64,000 nt of DNA from positions 4,217 to 68,216 of IMG/VR virus record IMGVR_UViG_3300028573_000017; one strand, written 5' to 3'. The DNA comes from a virus. The notes beneath the pieces were generated by a model. It searched no databases, was not told where the DNA came from, and saw only the letters and a list, made by a program, of their open reading frames with translations. Shown in pieces: positions 1 through 9,122 of the stretch; within the stretch, counting starts at the first letter, position 1; every line of letters begins with the position of its first letter. A program made the translations under genes and the position numbers.

Positions 1-377
1 GATCGCTCGATGAACAGCCCATGCAGCTTGCCCTTAGCCACCGTGGCCGAGACCGCGGCGCCGTGGTTGCCATCGCCCATTGCCGCCGAGCGAGCCCATT
101 CGAGCTCTTCGGTTATTGACTCGGCCGTGACCTTGTAACGGGCTTGAGCCGCACCGCGGGCAACGTCCACCAGGCGCGCGACAACCGGATGGCCGAGCGT
201 GCGCATTGCCTCGCCTGTGACCATGGCCGAATTCCAGCCCTTGGTCGAATAGGCCGCTCGATAGGCTTTCGATGGATTGCCCGTCCGAAGATACGCCACC
301 ACAAAGGCCCGCTGCTTCGGTGTAGCGGGTCGATCCATTTTCGGGCTGGCATACGGACGCGGCTTGCGCTTCGCCAT
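1..377 (-). CDS. terS: Terminase small subunit (3' end runs off the window)
   Basis: Hand translation from ATG at 377 gives MAKRKPRPYASPKMDRPATPKQRAFVVAYLRTGNPSKAYRAAYS...VTAESITEELEWARSAAM...AAVSATVAKGKLHGLFIER. This has the TerS-type N-terminal HTH (TPKQxAF..AY..AY) and a KLxGLF motif. It is missing from the ORF track because it has no stop inside the window. Confidence 0.85.
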   Translation of the reverse strand, partial: MAKRKPRPYASPKMDRPATPKQRAFVVAYLRTGNPSKAYRAAYSTKGWNSAMVTGEAMRTLGHPVVARLVDVARGAAQARYKVTAESITEELEWARSAAMGDGNHGAAVSATVAKGKLHGLFIER

Positions 378-406
378 GCGGGCAGGATTAGCCGATTGCG
401 AGCGAA

Positions 407-802
407 CTATCCACCATTGACCGGCGCCGGCGAGGTTTGCGGAGCCTCGGGCGCGGGCTGGGACTGGATTGGCGCGCTATTCGGGGTCGCAGCAGCAGCC
501 TTGCCAGTGAGGATCACGCGACCGGCAAAAGATTGAAGGAATTCGGACAGACCGCGGCATGGCGCGACATCGCCGCGCAGCTGGATCGACGCGACGCAGG
601 AATCGAGGGATTGCACCACCAATGGCCACGATTGAAGATCGCCTGGCGTCAGCGAAAACGGATAGGCAGCGTCAGCGGCTTGGACAGACTGCGGGAGACC
701 TATCATCAAAACCGATAGAACAACGGCTGATCTAGTGAGAACAACTGATAGACTGCGGAACGTATTGAGAACGTTGAGGGATTTGGTGTTTAACCTGGAC
801 AT
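407..802 (-). CDS. Hypothetical secreted protein
   Basis: Hydrophobic N-terminal stretch ending VQA-AD, a Cys pair and a Pro-rich tail; start chosen at the internal ATG. Confidence 0.5.
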   Translation of the reverse strand: MSRLNTKSLNVLNTFRSLSVVLTRSAVVLSVLMIGLPQSVQAADAAYPFSLTPGDLQSWPLVVQSLDSCVASIQLRGDVAPCRGLSEFLQSFAGRVILTGKAAAATPNSAPIQSQPAPEAPQTSPAPVNGG

Positions 803-968
803 ATGGCGGATCCTTTTTTTGACGCGGCGGGATTGTGTCTCAGGGTTCGTGTCCATGTCAACATGATTGCATGGTGGTGGATTGACGTTTGGGCCTCCCG
901 AGCTGAGGCGAGGGAGGGGGGCACGGGATTGGCGCGGGGCGCTGGCGCGCCATCCGATGGTCACAGCC

Positions 969-1646
969 CTATGACGGGGAGAATGGTTCCGGTGGCACGG
1001 GTTCGTCATCAGCAATTGAAGAATCTGCTGTACCCGGACGTGTGCCATCTAGGGCAGCGGTGCTTACCTTGTTGCGCCTGCGGAACCACGTTCGGCGGGA
1101 TATGCCTTCTGCCTTCCATGGTTCGCCGAGGCTGACCTGAGCGATGTATTCGGCGCGGGTTTTGTGGCCGGCCGATAGTCGCGCGTCCATTTTGGCGAGG
1201 CGGTTACGTTGGGCGCGGGCTTTGATGCGGGCGGGCGTCGAGAGATCGACGGATCCGATGGTGGTGATTCGGAGCGTGGCGCGATCAGCTTCAGTCAGCT
1301 TTAGTTGCCATGCGAGCGCCTGTGCTTTGTATCGGCGCGGCTTGGTGCTCACCTGGAGGATCAGCGCTTCGGCATCGCCGAGGCTGTACCATGGCGCGCG
1401 AAGACCGAGCCAGCCGATGACGCTATGCCGCGGATTGACCGATAGATTGCCGAGATGGTTGGCGACGATGACGATCGCGCGGCGCGTGTCTGGCGTGTCG
1501 GGCAGCACCTCGCCGCCATATCGGCACGTAAGCAGGAGGTTGAGTTCGCGCAGACGGATTGCGAGAACATTGGCCCTGCGGCGCCGGCGGGCCCGCTTCG
1601 CCTGAATTGCGTTTTCGCGAAGGACGGCAGCGGCGCGAGTGACCAT
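969..1646 (-). CDS. Putative DNA-binding protein with C-terminal HTH (replicase-like C-terminus)
   Basis: C-terminal TRAEY...PWKAEGISRRTWFRRR motif. Confidence 0.55.
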   Translation of the reverse strand: MVTRAAAVLRENAIQAKRARRRRRANVLAIRLRELNLLLTCRYGGEVLPDTPDTRRAIVIVANHLGNLSVNPRHSVIGWLGLRAPWYSLGDAEALILQVSTKPRRYKAQALAWQLKLTEADRATLRITTIGSVDLSTPARIKARAQRNRLAKMDARLSAGHKTRAEYIAQVSLGEPWKAEGISRRTWFRRRNKVSTAALDGTRPGTADSSIADDEPVPPEPFSPS

Positions 1647-1835
1647 GCCGCGTCACCTTGCCCGATGACGGCCCGCGCGCCAATAGATCAGCCAGCAAAC
1701 GGGACAGGTTAACGCCATGTCCGAGCATGTCCCCATCTGTCCACCCATTGCCCTGCCTCAATGTCCCAATCTGTCCGGCATCGATCACAAGTCCGTGATA
1801 ATGCCTCTCCATGGTTCCATGGCGTCATTATTCAA

Positions 1836-1864
1836 TTGACTAGGTGTGCGCGTATGCGTATGGT
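1836..1864 (+). promoter_or_regulatory. Sigma70-type early promoter
   Basis: TTGACT (1836-1841), 17-bp spacer, TATGGT (1859-1864), upstream of the small-gene block. Confidence 0.6.
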
Positions 1865-1901
1865 TGGGGCATAGAGAGACACCAACAAGGGAGCCGCCGA
1901 C

Positions 1902-2135
1902 ATGACCGCCTACGCAACCGATAGCAAGTGCCACAACGCGGAGCCGGGAACCTACGGCCACGAATGCGGCAAGCCCGCCGAATGGATCGGAACCACCGCG
2001 ACCGGCTTCCGGTCTGGCTATTGCCTGAAATGCCGCGCCACCGGTTTCGAGGCGCGGCGGGTGGTGAAATGGGAGCCGGCCTTTACGGACGAGCCCGCGC
2101 ACAAGATCCAGCCCGGATCGCGCTTCGACTACTGA
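1902..2135 (+). CDS. Small Cys-rich (possible Zn-binding) early protein
   Basis: RBS AGGGAG; CH..ECG..CLKC. Confidence 0.6.
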   Translation: MTAYATDSKCHNAEPGTYGHECGKPAEWIGTTATGFRSGYCLKCRATGFEARRVVKWEPAFTDEPAHKIQPGSRFDY

Positions 2136-2244
2136 CAGGACGAAACGGGCTCCCGCAGCCGTCAACCGGCGAAGGCTTTGAATACGCCACGCCAACCGCC
2201 ACCACCTAACCCGCGCCACGCGCACCCGAACAGGAGCAACGACA

Positions 2245-2463
2245 ATGACCCTCGAAGAAGCCAACGCCCTCCGCCAGAAATACAAGATCGTTCGCGGCTA
2301 TTTCAAAGGCGGCCGCCGCACCATCGCAACCAATCTCACGCTGGACGAGGCGCAGGCGCATTGCCGCGACCCCGAGACCAGCTCGAGCACCTGCACCAAG
2401 TCGGCCGGCAAGGCGCGGACGCGCCGGATGGGCCCTTGGTTCGACGGATACGAGAAAGACTAG
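2245..2463 (+). CDS. Phage hypothetical protein
   Basis: RBS AGGAG; LTLDEAQAHCRDPETSS..WFDGY. Confidence 0.7.
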   Translation: MTLEEANALRQKYKIVRGYFKGGRRTIATNLTLDEAQAHCRDPETSSSTCTKSAGKARTRRMGPWFDGYEKD

Positions 2464-2529
2464 CTTTCTACAGCGCGGCTATTTGTGGCCGCGTCATAGA
2501 GCGCTAAGGCTCAATTTGGAGGATTGTAC

Positions 2530-3078
2530 ATGAACGAGACAATCGAACAGCGTGCCGACCGCCTGGTTAGGCAAGAGGTTTATGTGTGCCTTTCGTCGCT
2601 GGTCTCGACACTGGCACAAGGCTACGGGCAGGCCACTAGCGATCCGCTGGCCGAACTGGTCAACCAGGCTTTCGAGCTGGCTTGCCCGGTGGACGACTAC
2701 GAAGAAGCCGCAATACAGGCGGGATGGACGGAAACTAACGGCGAGTGGCGGAACAAGCCTTCGCAATTCATGTCCGGGCAGGTTTACGACGACGCCAAGA
2801 CCATGTGTCGCGAGGAAAATATCGAACCCTACCAACGCGACGTGTTTGAGCATTGGGCGGTTAGCGACTGGCTGGCCGACAAGTTGATCGAACGCGGCGA
2901 GAAGGTCGACAAGGATTTCGCCGGCATGTGCGTGTGGGCGCGGTCCACGACCGGCCAAATGATTTCAATGGACTCGTGCATCGAAGCGATAGCTAAGGCG
3001 ACGATGGCCCCCGTTGACTGCTCCAAGCCTATAGCAATTTCAGAACCAGAACACGCGGCGCACCACCGAGACGCCTGA
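2530..3078 (+). CDS. Acidic phage hypothetical protein
   Basis: RBS GGAGG; EHWAVSDWLADKL..GE..VWARxTTGQ motif. Confidence 0.7.
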   Translation: MNETIEQRADRLVRQEVYVCLSSLVSTLAQGYGQATSDPLAELVNQAFELACPVDDYEEAAIQAGWTETNGEWRNKPSQFMSGQVYDDAKTMCREENIEPYQRDVFEHWAVSDWLADKLIERGEKVDKDFAGMCVWARSTTGQMISMDSCIEAIAKATMAPVDCSKPIAISEPEHAAHHRDA

Positions 3079-3145
3079 ACCCCTAGCCCATGCCCGGCCG
3101 CGCGTCGGGCATGCACGAGCGGTTAAGCAAACGGAGGCAAAGACA

Positions 3146-3604
3146 ATGGAAAAGCCGGAAATCATCACGCTATTCAGCTTCAAGCCGGGTGATCGCGTCG
3201 AGTATGTCATGGCGAAGACGGAGCTTGTCGGGCGCCGCGCGACTGTGGTCCGCATCGTCAAAAGCCGAAATGTCGTCACGATCGATTGGGACGGCGACGC
3301 TCCCGCGAATCAACGGCGATACGACGCCTATCCGACCAGCCTGCGGCCGATCCGCGAACCGGTCACCAAATCCCCCGCGCGAATCGCCTACGAGGCGGAC
3401 GTCGAGGCCATGCCGACCTACTGCCTCAGCGGAAACCCGCGCAAGACCTGGGACCAGCTTTCCGAGGCCGTGCAAGACACCTGGAAGCGCAACCCCACGC
3501 CGCGCCAATACGCTAGCGAGCCGACCGAGCAGGGGAATCAACTGGTCATTCCCGGCTGCGAGCGCGACCGGTCACGCGGGCCAGCCCAAGGGGATTTATT
3601 CTAA
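3146..3604 (+). CDS. Hypothetical protein, SH3/KOW-like N-terminus, C-terminal QGDLF
   Basis: RBS GGAGG; FKPGDRV..; ends QLVIPG..QGDLF. Confidence 0.65.
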   Translation: MEKPEIITLFSFKPGDRVEYVMAKTELVGRRATVVRIVKSRNVVTIDWDGDAPANQRRYDAYPTSLRPIREPVTKSPARIAYEADVEAMPTYCLSGNPRKTWDQLSEAVQDTWKRNPTPRQYASEPTEQGNQLVIPGCERDRSRGPAQGDLF

Positions 3605-3747
3605 TGCGCCGCCAGTTCGTCGAGTGCGCATCATGGGCGACCGCCCGTCGCCGTTGCCCATGGGCCGCCGTGGTCGCCCGCGCGTCTGGCGGCTTCCTGT
3701 GCTTCGAGTCCGTCACCGACTGGCAAACCTGGAAACGCCAGACCTAA
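3604..3747 (+). CDS. Small phage protein (47 aa, not in ORF track)
   Basis: TAATG translational coupling; MRRQFVECASWATARRRCPWAAVVARASGGFLCFESVTDWQTWKRQT. Confidence 0.6.
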   Translation: MRRQFVECASWATARRRCPWAAVVARASGGFLCFESVTDWQTWKRQT

Positions 3748-3764
3748 CCCCAAAGGATCCGCCC

Positions 3765-3971
3765 ATGACCAAATTCTGCAAGGACTGCCGCCATTGTTTG
3801 CCCGAAACGGCCGACTTTCCGACCGCGCCGCCGTTCAAGTATGCGCGATGTGCGCTCACTGGACAGCCGAATCTCGTGACCGGCAATATGGAGACCCACT
3901 TTTGCGCCGTTGCCCGCCAGGACGGCCAGCCCTGCGGGCCCCTCGGCTCACGCTTCGAGGCCAGGCCATGA
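3765..3971 (+). CDS. Small Cys-rich protein
   Basis: MTKFCKDCRHC...C...C...CG; RBS AAGGA. Confidence 0.6.
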   Translation: MTKFCKDCRHCLPETADFPTAPPFKYARCALTGQPNLVTGNMETHFCAVARQDGQPCGPLGSRFEARP

Positions 3972-4050
3972 GGTACCCGCCCGCCTTCGTCGCCGCCCTG
4001 TGGGTGACGGGCTTCCTCCTCACCTTCGCCGCTTGCGCGCTGGCGCTTTG

Positions 4051-4602
4051 ATGGCCGCCCCGTTCAACATCATGCCGGTCGGGCGATCGTTCCGCCTGTT
4101 CCGCACGCTCAGCGGCCCGCCAGTGCCCGCGGAGATCGACCTGGCATACCCAACACGGGAGGAGGCAGAAAACGCTGCCGGCGGTCACGCTGGCCAGCCG
4201 GCGACGGCATCGGAAGCACCGCCGCAGCCACGTAAGGAGATCGGCGCGATCGAGGTAACGCTTGCGGACAGGCGGGACACTCCCGCGGCGCGTCCGATAT
4301 TCGTCGCGACTGGCGCCTATATGCCCGTCTCGCCTGAAACAGCCGCCGCGATGGAGACGGACAAGCTCCGCAACATCGACCGCGCGCTTCGTCGGCGCCG
4401 CATCCTGCAGCACGCCGAGCGCGTGGGTACGCTCGCCCCGGATGCATTTCAGGCCATGCTCGATACAATGGGAATCGGCCGGAATACCGCCTGCCAGGCG
4501 CTGGAGATCAGCGCCGACCGCCTGCGCCGCATGCTCGCCGGCAAGGTGCCCATCCCCCGCCATATCGGCCTCGCGTGCGCCGAATTGAAAAGGAGCAAAT
4601 AA
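4051..4602 (+). CDS. Protein with C-terminal HTH
   Basis: C-terminal MGIGRNTACQALEISADRLRRMLAGKVPIPRHIGLAC. Confidence 0.6.
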   Translation: MAAPFNIMPVGRSFRLFRTLSGPPVPAEIDLAYPTREEAENAAGGHAGQPATASEAPPQPRKEIGAIEVTLADRRDTPAARPIFVATGAYMPVSPETAAAMETDKLRNIDRALRRRRILQHAERVGTLAPDAFQAMLDTMGIGRNTACQALEISADRLRRMLAGKVPIPRHIGLACAELKRSK

Positions 4603-4603
4603 A

Positions 4604-4900
4604 ATGCCGGTTATCGTCGGAGGGATCTGCGACGGCGGGCGCTGTCGCGTGGCGGTTCCAGAGCAAGGCGTCATTAGGCTCGCCAAGCGCAAACCGCTCG
4701 ATCCGCGCTCTTGGACATCGCTTGACCCGCCGTCCGAACCCCAGCCGTCGGACACAGTAGCAATGGAGGTTTACCGTCTCCGCTCGATCCGCATAGGCGA
4801 AGAGACGTTTCGGTACTATGCCGCGAACCACATGACCGACCTCGAGGCGATCGAGCAGGTCTTCGCGGCCTACGCCGGATCGAACAAGGCAAAGCCGTGA
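4604..4900 (+). CDS. Hypothetical protein
   Basis: RBS AGGAG; coupled to the next gene. Confidence 0.55.
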   Translation: MPVIVGGICDGGRCRVAVPEQGVIRLAKRKPLDPRSWTSLDPPSEPQPSDTVAMEVYRLRSIRIGEETFRYYAANHMTDLEAIEQVFAAYAGSNKAKP

Positions 4901-5298
4901 AGTCTCTGTTTTTGGCCGGCGTTGGTGCCGGGCTGATCGTCGCTGCAATCTCTGCCAATGTGCCCGCCCGAACCGTCACCGCCGACCGGATTCTGGATGG
5001 AGACACGGCCGCCGCCGGCGGACTCCGCATCCGCCTCACCGGCTACGACGCGCCCGAGATATTCCACCCGCGATGCCCGGCCGAGCTCGCTCTGGGACTG
5101 CGGGCAAAAGCAAGGGCCGCCGTGCTCCTCCACGACGCGCAAATCACGATCGTCCCCTGCGCCGGATGGAACTACGGCCGCGCCTGTGGGACCGTGCCAG
5201 GCCTCGCCGCAACCATGATCCGCGAAGGCTTGGCCATCCCCTACGACTGCCGCAACAGCCATTGCCCGCACACGCCGGCAAACGCGTGGTGCCACTAG
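4897..5298 (+). CDS. Thermonuclease (SNase-like) with N-terminal signal/TM segment
   Basis: ILDGDT..RIRLTGYDAPE..YGR..MIREGLA motifs. Confidence 0.85.
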   Translation: MKSLFLAGVGAGLIVAAISANVPARTVTADRILDGDTAAAGGLRIRLTGYDAPEIFHPRCPAELALGLRAKARAAVLLHDAQITIVPCAGWNYGRACGTVPGLAATMIREGLAIPYDCRNSHCPHTPANAWCH

Positions 5299-5356
5299 CG
5301 TTGCGTTTTGGATTATTAATTAATTCTCTGAATCGTAACGTGAGGGCGGTTGAGCC

Positions 5357-7417
5357 TTAGCCCGACGCTGCCGGCTTCTCCTCGCGCACGATCCACACGT
5401 AGGGCTTCTCCCGCCCGATCACGCGCTTGTCGAGCAGGTATTCGCCCGCCCGCTGCAGAGCCTTGCGCACTGCATCCGGCTTCGAGTCCTCGCCGCCCTC
5501 AAAGGATTTCTTGGTAAAGGCGTCGATCCAGAAATTCCACTTAACGACGCGCACGCCCTCGGGCAGCTTCATCGACCCGGGCGCCACCTCGCCGTGCTCG
5601 AGCAGCGCATCGCGGAGTGCATCCAGCGCGATCCGCACCTTCGGCGTGAGGTTTTTCAAGGTCGGCGATCGCAGCGAGCCTTGAACCCATTTGTCCAGAG
5701 GCACAACCACGCAAGACGTGATCGGCCGGCCATCGTCCCGGGCCCCAAGCGTGATCGACTGCAGCCGGAACGGCGTAAGAAAGCCCTCCTCGGCATCCTT
5801 CATTTTCGTGATTTTGAAGGATCGATCCTTGTTCTCGGCGCAGTTCACTTCGATCGCATTGTCGACCGCCGCGCGGAACGATGAATGACCGCGCTCGCGG
5901 GCCCCCATGGCGTTCTTGTGGTGCACGATCATCACATGCCCGCCGGTCGTCTCCTGAATCGAATTATAGTGCTTCAGTAGCCGGCTAACGTCCTCGCTGG
6001 CGTTCTCGTTCGCGCCAGGCGAGACCGCGGCATGTGTATCGACAACCGTCATGTCGATGCCACATTGGAACCGATCCCGCATTTGTGCGCCAAGGATCTT
6101 CAGGTCGGCCAGCAGCTTTGGGAAATCGCCCTCCTCAGTGAACAGGTTCAAGGCGATCGGAAGGAACACAAACGGCAGGCTTTGATGGTCGCTGATGTCG
6201 AAGTGCTGGCGGTAAGCCTGCAGCCGCTTGGGAAAGCCCTTGCGCCCCTCGGCCGCCAGATAGACCACCCCGCCCCGCTTCAGGACCTTGTGCCCAAACA
6301 CCGGCTCCGCCCGCGCCACACCCATGGCGAAGTGCGTGGCAAGGAAGCTCTTGCCCGAGCCCGACGCCCCGATGAGCATCGAAATGTCGCCCCGGGTAAT
6401 CAGGTCATCAATCAGCCATTCGGTATCGGCCGCCATCCTTGGCGAATCGCCGAACCATACCGCCTCGAAATTCAGCCGCGGCGCCTCCGCCCCGAACGGG
6501 AGCGCGGACTTCTCCACCAGGTCATAGAGCCGCGTCGCGTCTCCGCCCTTGGCGATCCAGTCGACGACATCGCCTTTAGCTGGAAGGTCGGGAAGATCGA
6601 GAACGCGCTGGCGTGCGGCAATCCCGGTAAGTGCCGCTCCGACAACCGCGGTGTGGTTGCGGCCTGCCTCGTCGTTGTCCGACAGATGAATGATATCGGC
6701 ATCGCGGAAGAAATCGCCAAAGGTCTCAGGCCATTTGCCAGAGCCCATCGGATTGCACGTCGCCGGCACGCCCAACTCTGCCAGCCGGTCAACTTTGCGC
6801 TCGCCCTCAACTATAAATACCGGCCGCTCGGCAGATAGCGCCTCGAGCAGATCAGGAAGCCGATACGGTACCAGCCGACAGCCTTTTACGGACCAGCGCC
6901 AGCCATCATGCACCTTGTCGGGCTCGTCGGTAGGAAGCGCACGACGACGCTGGCCAAAGGTCTTTTGAACCTTGCCGTCTTTTGTCAGCGGCTTGCCGTC
7001 TGGCCCAATGAAAACGAACCTCACCGCCTGGAAAAGAAGCTCGCCGGACTCATCGACGTATTCGTAAATCTCGTCGATCGTCTTTTTACCGGCCGGCGCT
7101 TTTGACGTAGAAACGGGAGCCGGAAGATTGCGGTCGTGGTTGTCCTCGACGTCGTAGCCGTGTTCGCGCAGCCATTCGACCGCGCCGCCCGCCGCGCCGT
7201 TCACATGCCGGCCGGTCTCTCGGGCAATCAGATCGAGAACGCCGCCGCCCTCTTTGGCCTCGTGGTCGAACCACGTCCCGGCGGTTACGTCGATCGAGAA
7301 GGACCCGTTCGTCCCCCAGCGCAGTTCCGATTTGGAAGAGTGCGCCGGGTTGGGGTCGCCGAGCAGTTCCAGCGCGACGGCGCGCATGTGTAGAGAAAAA
7401 TCGGTACCGCTCGCCAT
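5357..7417 (-). CDS. Primase-helicase (TOPRIM plus RepA/AAA_25 SF4-like helicase)
   Basis: FIVEGE and DNDEAG (TOPRIM); GASGSGKS Walker A; VVDT Walker B; VHH..RGHSS. Confidence 0.92.
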   Translation of the reverse strand: MASGTDFSLHMRAVALELLGDPNPAHSSKSELRWGTNGSFSIDVTAGTWFDHEAKEGGGVLDLIARETGRHVNGAAGGAVEWLREHGYDVEDNHDRNLPAPVSTSKAPAGKKTIDEIYEYVDESGELLFQAVRFVFIGPDGKPLTKDGKVQKTFGQRRRALPTDEPDKVHDGWRWSVKGCRLVPYRLPDLLEALSAERPVFIVEGERKVDRLAELGVPATCNPMGSGKWPETFGDFFRDADIIHLSDNDEAGRNHTAVVGAALTGIAARQRVLDLPDLPAKGDVVDWIAKGGDATRLYDLVEKSALPFGAEAPRLNFEAVWFGDSPRMAADTEWLIDDLITRGDISMLIGASGSGKSFLATHFAMGVARAEPVFGHKVLKRGGVVYLAAEGRKGFPKRLQAYRQHFDISDHQSLPFVFLPIALNLFTEEGDFPKLLADLKILGAQMRDRFQCGIDMTVVDTHAAVSPGANENASEDVSRLLKHYNSIQETTGGHVMIVHHKNAMGARERGHSSFRAAVDNAIEVNCAENKDRSFKITKMKDAEEGFLTPFRLQSITLGARDDGRPITSCVVVPLDKWVQGSLRSPTLKNLTPKVRIALDALRDALLEHGEVAPGSMKLPEGVRVVKWNFWIDAFTKKSFEGGEDSKPDAVRKALQRAGEYLLDKRVIGREKPYVWIVREEKPAASG

Positions 7418-7424
7418 GGCGCGC

Positions 7425-7634
7425 TCACGCGCTTTCGAGGTCTAGGCGGCTGATAAGCTGGGCGGCCTCGTCGTCGGTCAGCACGGCGAGCTCTGGCATG
7501 CGCATGGTGAGAACGAGCACCTTCAGCCGGCTATCGTCTACCCCGTTCCCCCGCGCGCATAGGAGCAGCGCCTGGGCTGCTATCCAGAGAGTCCGGCGCC
7601 GGGTATCGGCCGGCAGGTCGGCGACAATCTTCAT
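7425..7634 (-). CDS. Hypothetical protein
   Basis: Coupled ORF within the operon. Confidence 0.5.
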   Translation of the reverse strand: MKIVADLPADTRRRTLWIAAQALLLCARGNGVDDSRLKVLVLTMRMPELAVLTDDEAAQLISRLDLESA

Positions 7635-8143
7635 GCATCCACCGGCACGCGGAGTCGACGATCGGAAAGGGGGTTAAAACAGAGCGCGCTATGGAATCGG
7701 CAATATGGCGGTCGGCCATCGGTCGGCGCGCCGCAGAACAGAAACGGCAGCGCATCGCCGTGCGGAAACTTGCACGTCTGGTCGGTCAAATCTTCCAGGC
7801 GACGGTCACGGCTTATCGGCTCGAGGAGGTCCGCCGGTGGCGCCGGGCGCGGCTTTGGCGTATGGGCAACGAACTGCCCGGGCCGCGGCAGGTTGAACGA
7901 CGGGCGGCCAGGATGTGCTCTCCGCGGCCGGATATTGCGCTTGCGCGGTCCCTTTGGCGCGGGAGCGGCGCGCTTCGGCAATTTGCACCGATGCACCTTA
8001 GAAATGACCGCGTTGCGCGATACGCCGCCAAGCTCAGCCGCAATCTTGCTCGCCGACAGCCCGTTGGCCCAATGCTGTTTCAGCGCAACAATGCGCTCCT
8101 CGGTCCACATGGGGACGATCCTCCTCTTATTGTTTGTCGTCAT
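7631..8143 (-). CDS. gcrA: GcrA-like cell-cycle transcriptional regulator
   Basis: MWTEERI..LK..WANGLSASKIAAELGGVSRNAVISKVHR and TCKFP.GD..FLFCG..PYCRFH. Confidence 0.92.
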   Translation of the reverse strand: MTTNNKRRIVPMWTEERIVALKQHWANGLSASKIAAELGGVSRNAVISKVHRCKLPKRAAPAPKGPRKRNIRPRRAHPGRPSFNLPRPGQFVAHTPKPRPAPPADLLEPISRDRRLEDLTDQTCKFPHGDALPFLFCGAPTDGRPPYCRFHSALCFNPLSDRRLRVPVDA

Positions 8144-8553
8144 GCCAATTCGATAGGACGAATGACGATCTCCAGCCGTGGCGCCAAGCCGTAGAACTTT
8201 TCGATGGTCGCGCGGACGATCTGCTTGTCGTCCACGAAAGCGACCTGGTTCAGCGCATCGAGAACCTTGAGCAGATTGTCGGCGTCAGGCTTTGTCGTTG
8301 GCCTGATCTCATAAAGCAGAGCGCTGCGTTTCTTCTTCTGTGACCAGCTTTCAGGGATCGGAAACGTCGCCGTCACCGTCACGTCGAGCGGCACGTCAAG
8401 AGGGGCCCGGCCGCCCATCGCGACCTGCGCGGCGTAGCGGAGATTGTCCTCGTAGTCCCTCGTTTTGGCGGGTGTATAGGCGCGCCCGGTAACCCGGACG
8501 AACCGCGGCCGCCCCTTGCCGGTCGGCGTGCCGGCCAAGCAAATCGTTATCAC
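8140..8553 (-). CDS. rusA: RusA-family Holliday junction resolvase
   Basis: GKGRPRF..YTP; KPDADNLLK.LDALN..DDKQIV. Confidence 0.92.
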   Translation of the reverse strand: MITICLAGTPTGKGRPRFVRVTGRAYTPAKTRDYEDNLRYAAQVAMGGRAPLDVPLDVTVTATFPIPESWSQKKKRSALLYEIRPTTKPDADNLLKVLDALNQVAFVDDKQIVRATIEKFYGLAPRLEIVIRPIELA

Positions 8554-9122
8554 GCGGCCGCCTCTTCAGACTCGCCTTCTTCCTCGCCCTCGAATTCAGA
8601 CGCATCTCGCGTGCGCTGAATGTTGAACAGTTCACCTTGGGCAGCGTGCCACGCTTCGGCATAGGCGTCGTATTGCGGCACGGACGGATCGTAAGGAGGC
8701 GCAAGTGTCTTGCCGGCCAAGCCGTCGCGGCGCCCTTCGGCCTTAGCGCGGTCAACGGCGGGCATCATGTCTCCGTCGAACATATCCGCCTGCTTGCCGA
8801 ACGGCACGGCCATCCACTTGGCGATCTCGGCCTGCCGGCGAATGTTTGCCTCGATCAGCGCCGCGCCCTCCGGCGTTTCCAGAAGCAACGCATCCTTTAT
8901 GGAATCAACGGCGGACGGGCCGAGTTCGGCCTTGGCTTTCTTGCAGGCGTTCTTGAACGCTGCGTCGGCTTCTTTTTTGATGGCGAGCGCTGCCGAATAC
9001 TTGCGCTTGTGCTGGAAAAAAAGCGCCTGGCGCTGCTCGTCGGTGAGCGGAGGAGGTGGCCCGTTATGGCCCGGTCCCGGTGTTCCGCTACCCGGCGCTT
9101 GCTCGGCTTTCTTTGACGGCAT
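8550..9122 (-). CDS. Hypothetical protein, GapR/DUF2312-like N-terminus and Rmf-like C-terminus
   Basis: GHN motif followed by a helical region (KKAKAELG); C-terminal AKAEGRRDGLAG..PPY..AYAEAW. Confidence 0.5.
   Translation of the reverse strand: MPSKKAEQAPGSGTPGPGHNGPPPPLTDEQRQALFFQHKRKYSAALAIKKEADAAFKNACKKAKAELGPSAVDSIKDALLLETPEGAALIEANIRRQAEIAKWMAVPFGKQADMFDGDMMPAVDRAKAEGRRDGLAGKTLAPPYDPSVPQYDAYAEAWHAAQGELFNIQRTRDASEFEGEEEGESEEAAA

Noticed and set aside
113-352. 79-aa ORF, or a frameshifted terS
   Set aside because: It is a shadow frame. TerS reads uninterrupted from ATG 377 in another frame.
655-830. AT-richer stretch with short repeats (AGAACAAC, AGACTGCGG) as an origin or pac site
   Set aside because: The repeats are short and irregular and fall within the probable signal-peptide coding region, so support is insufficient.
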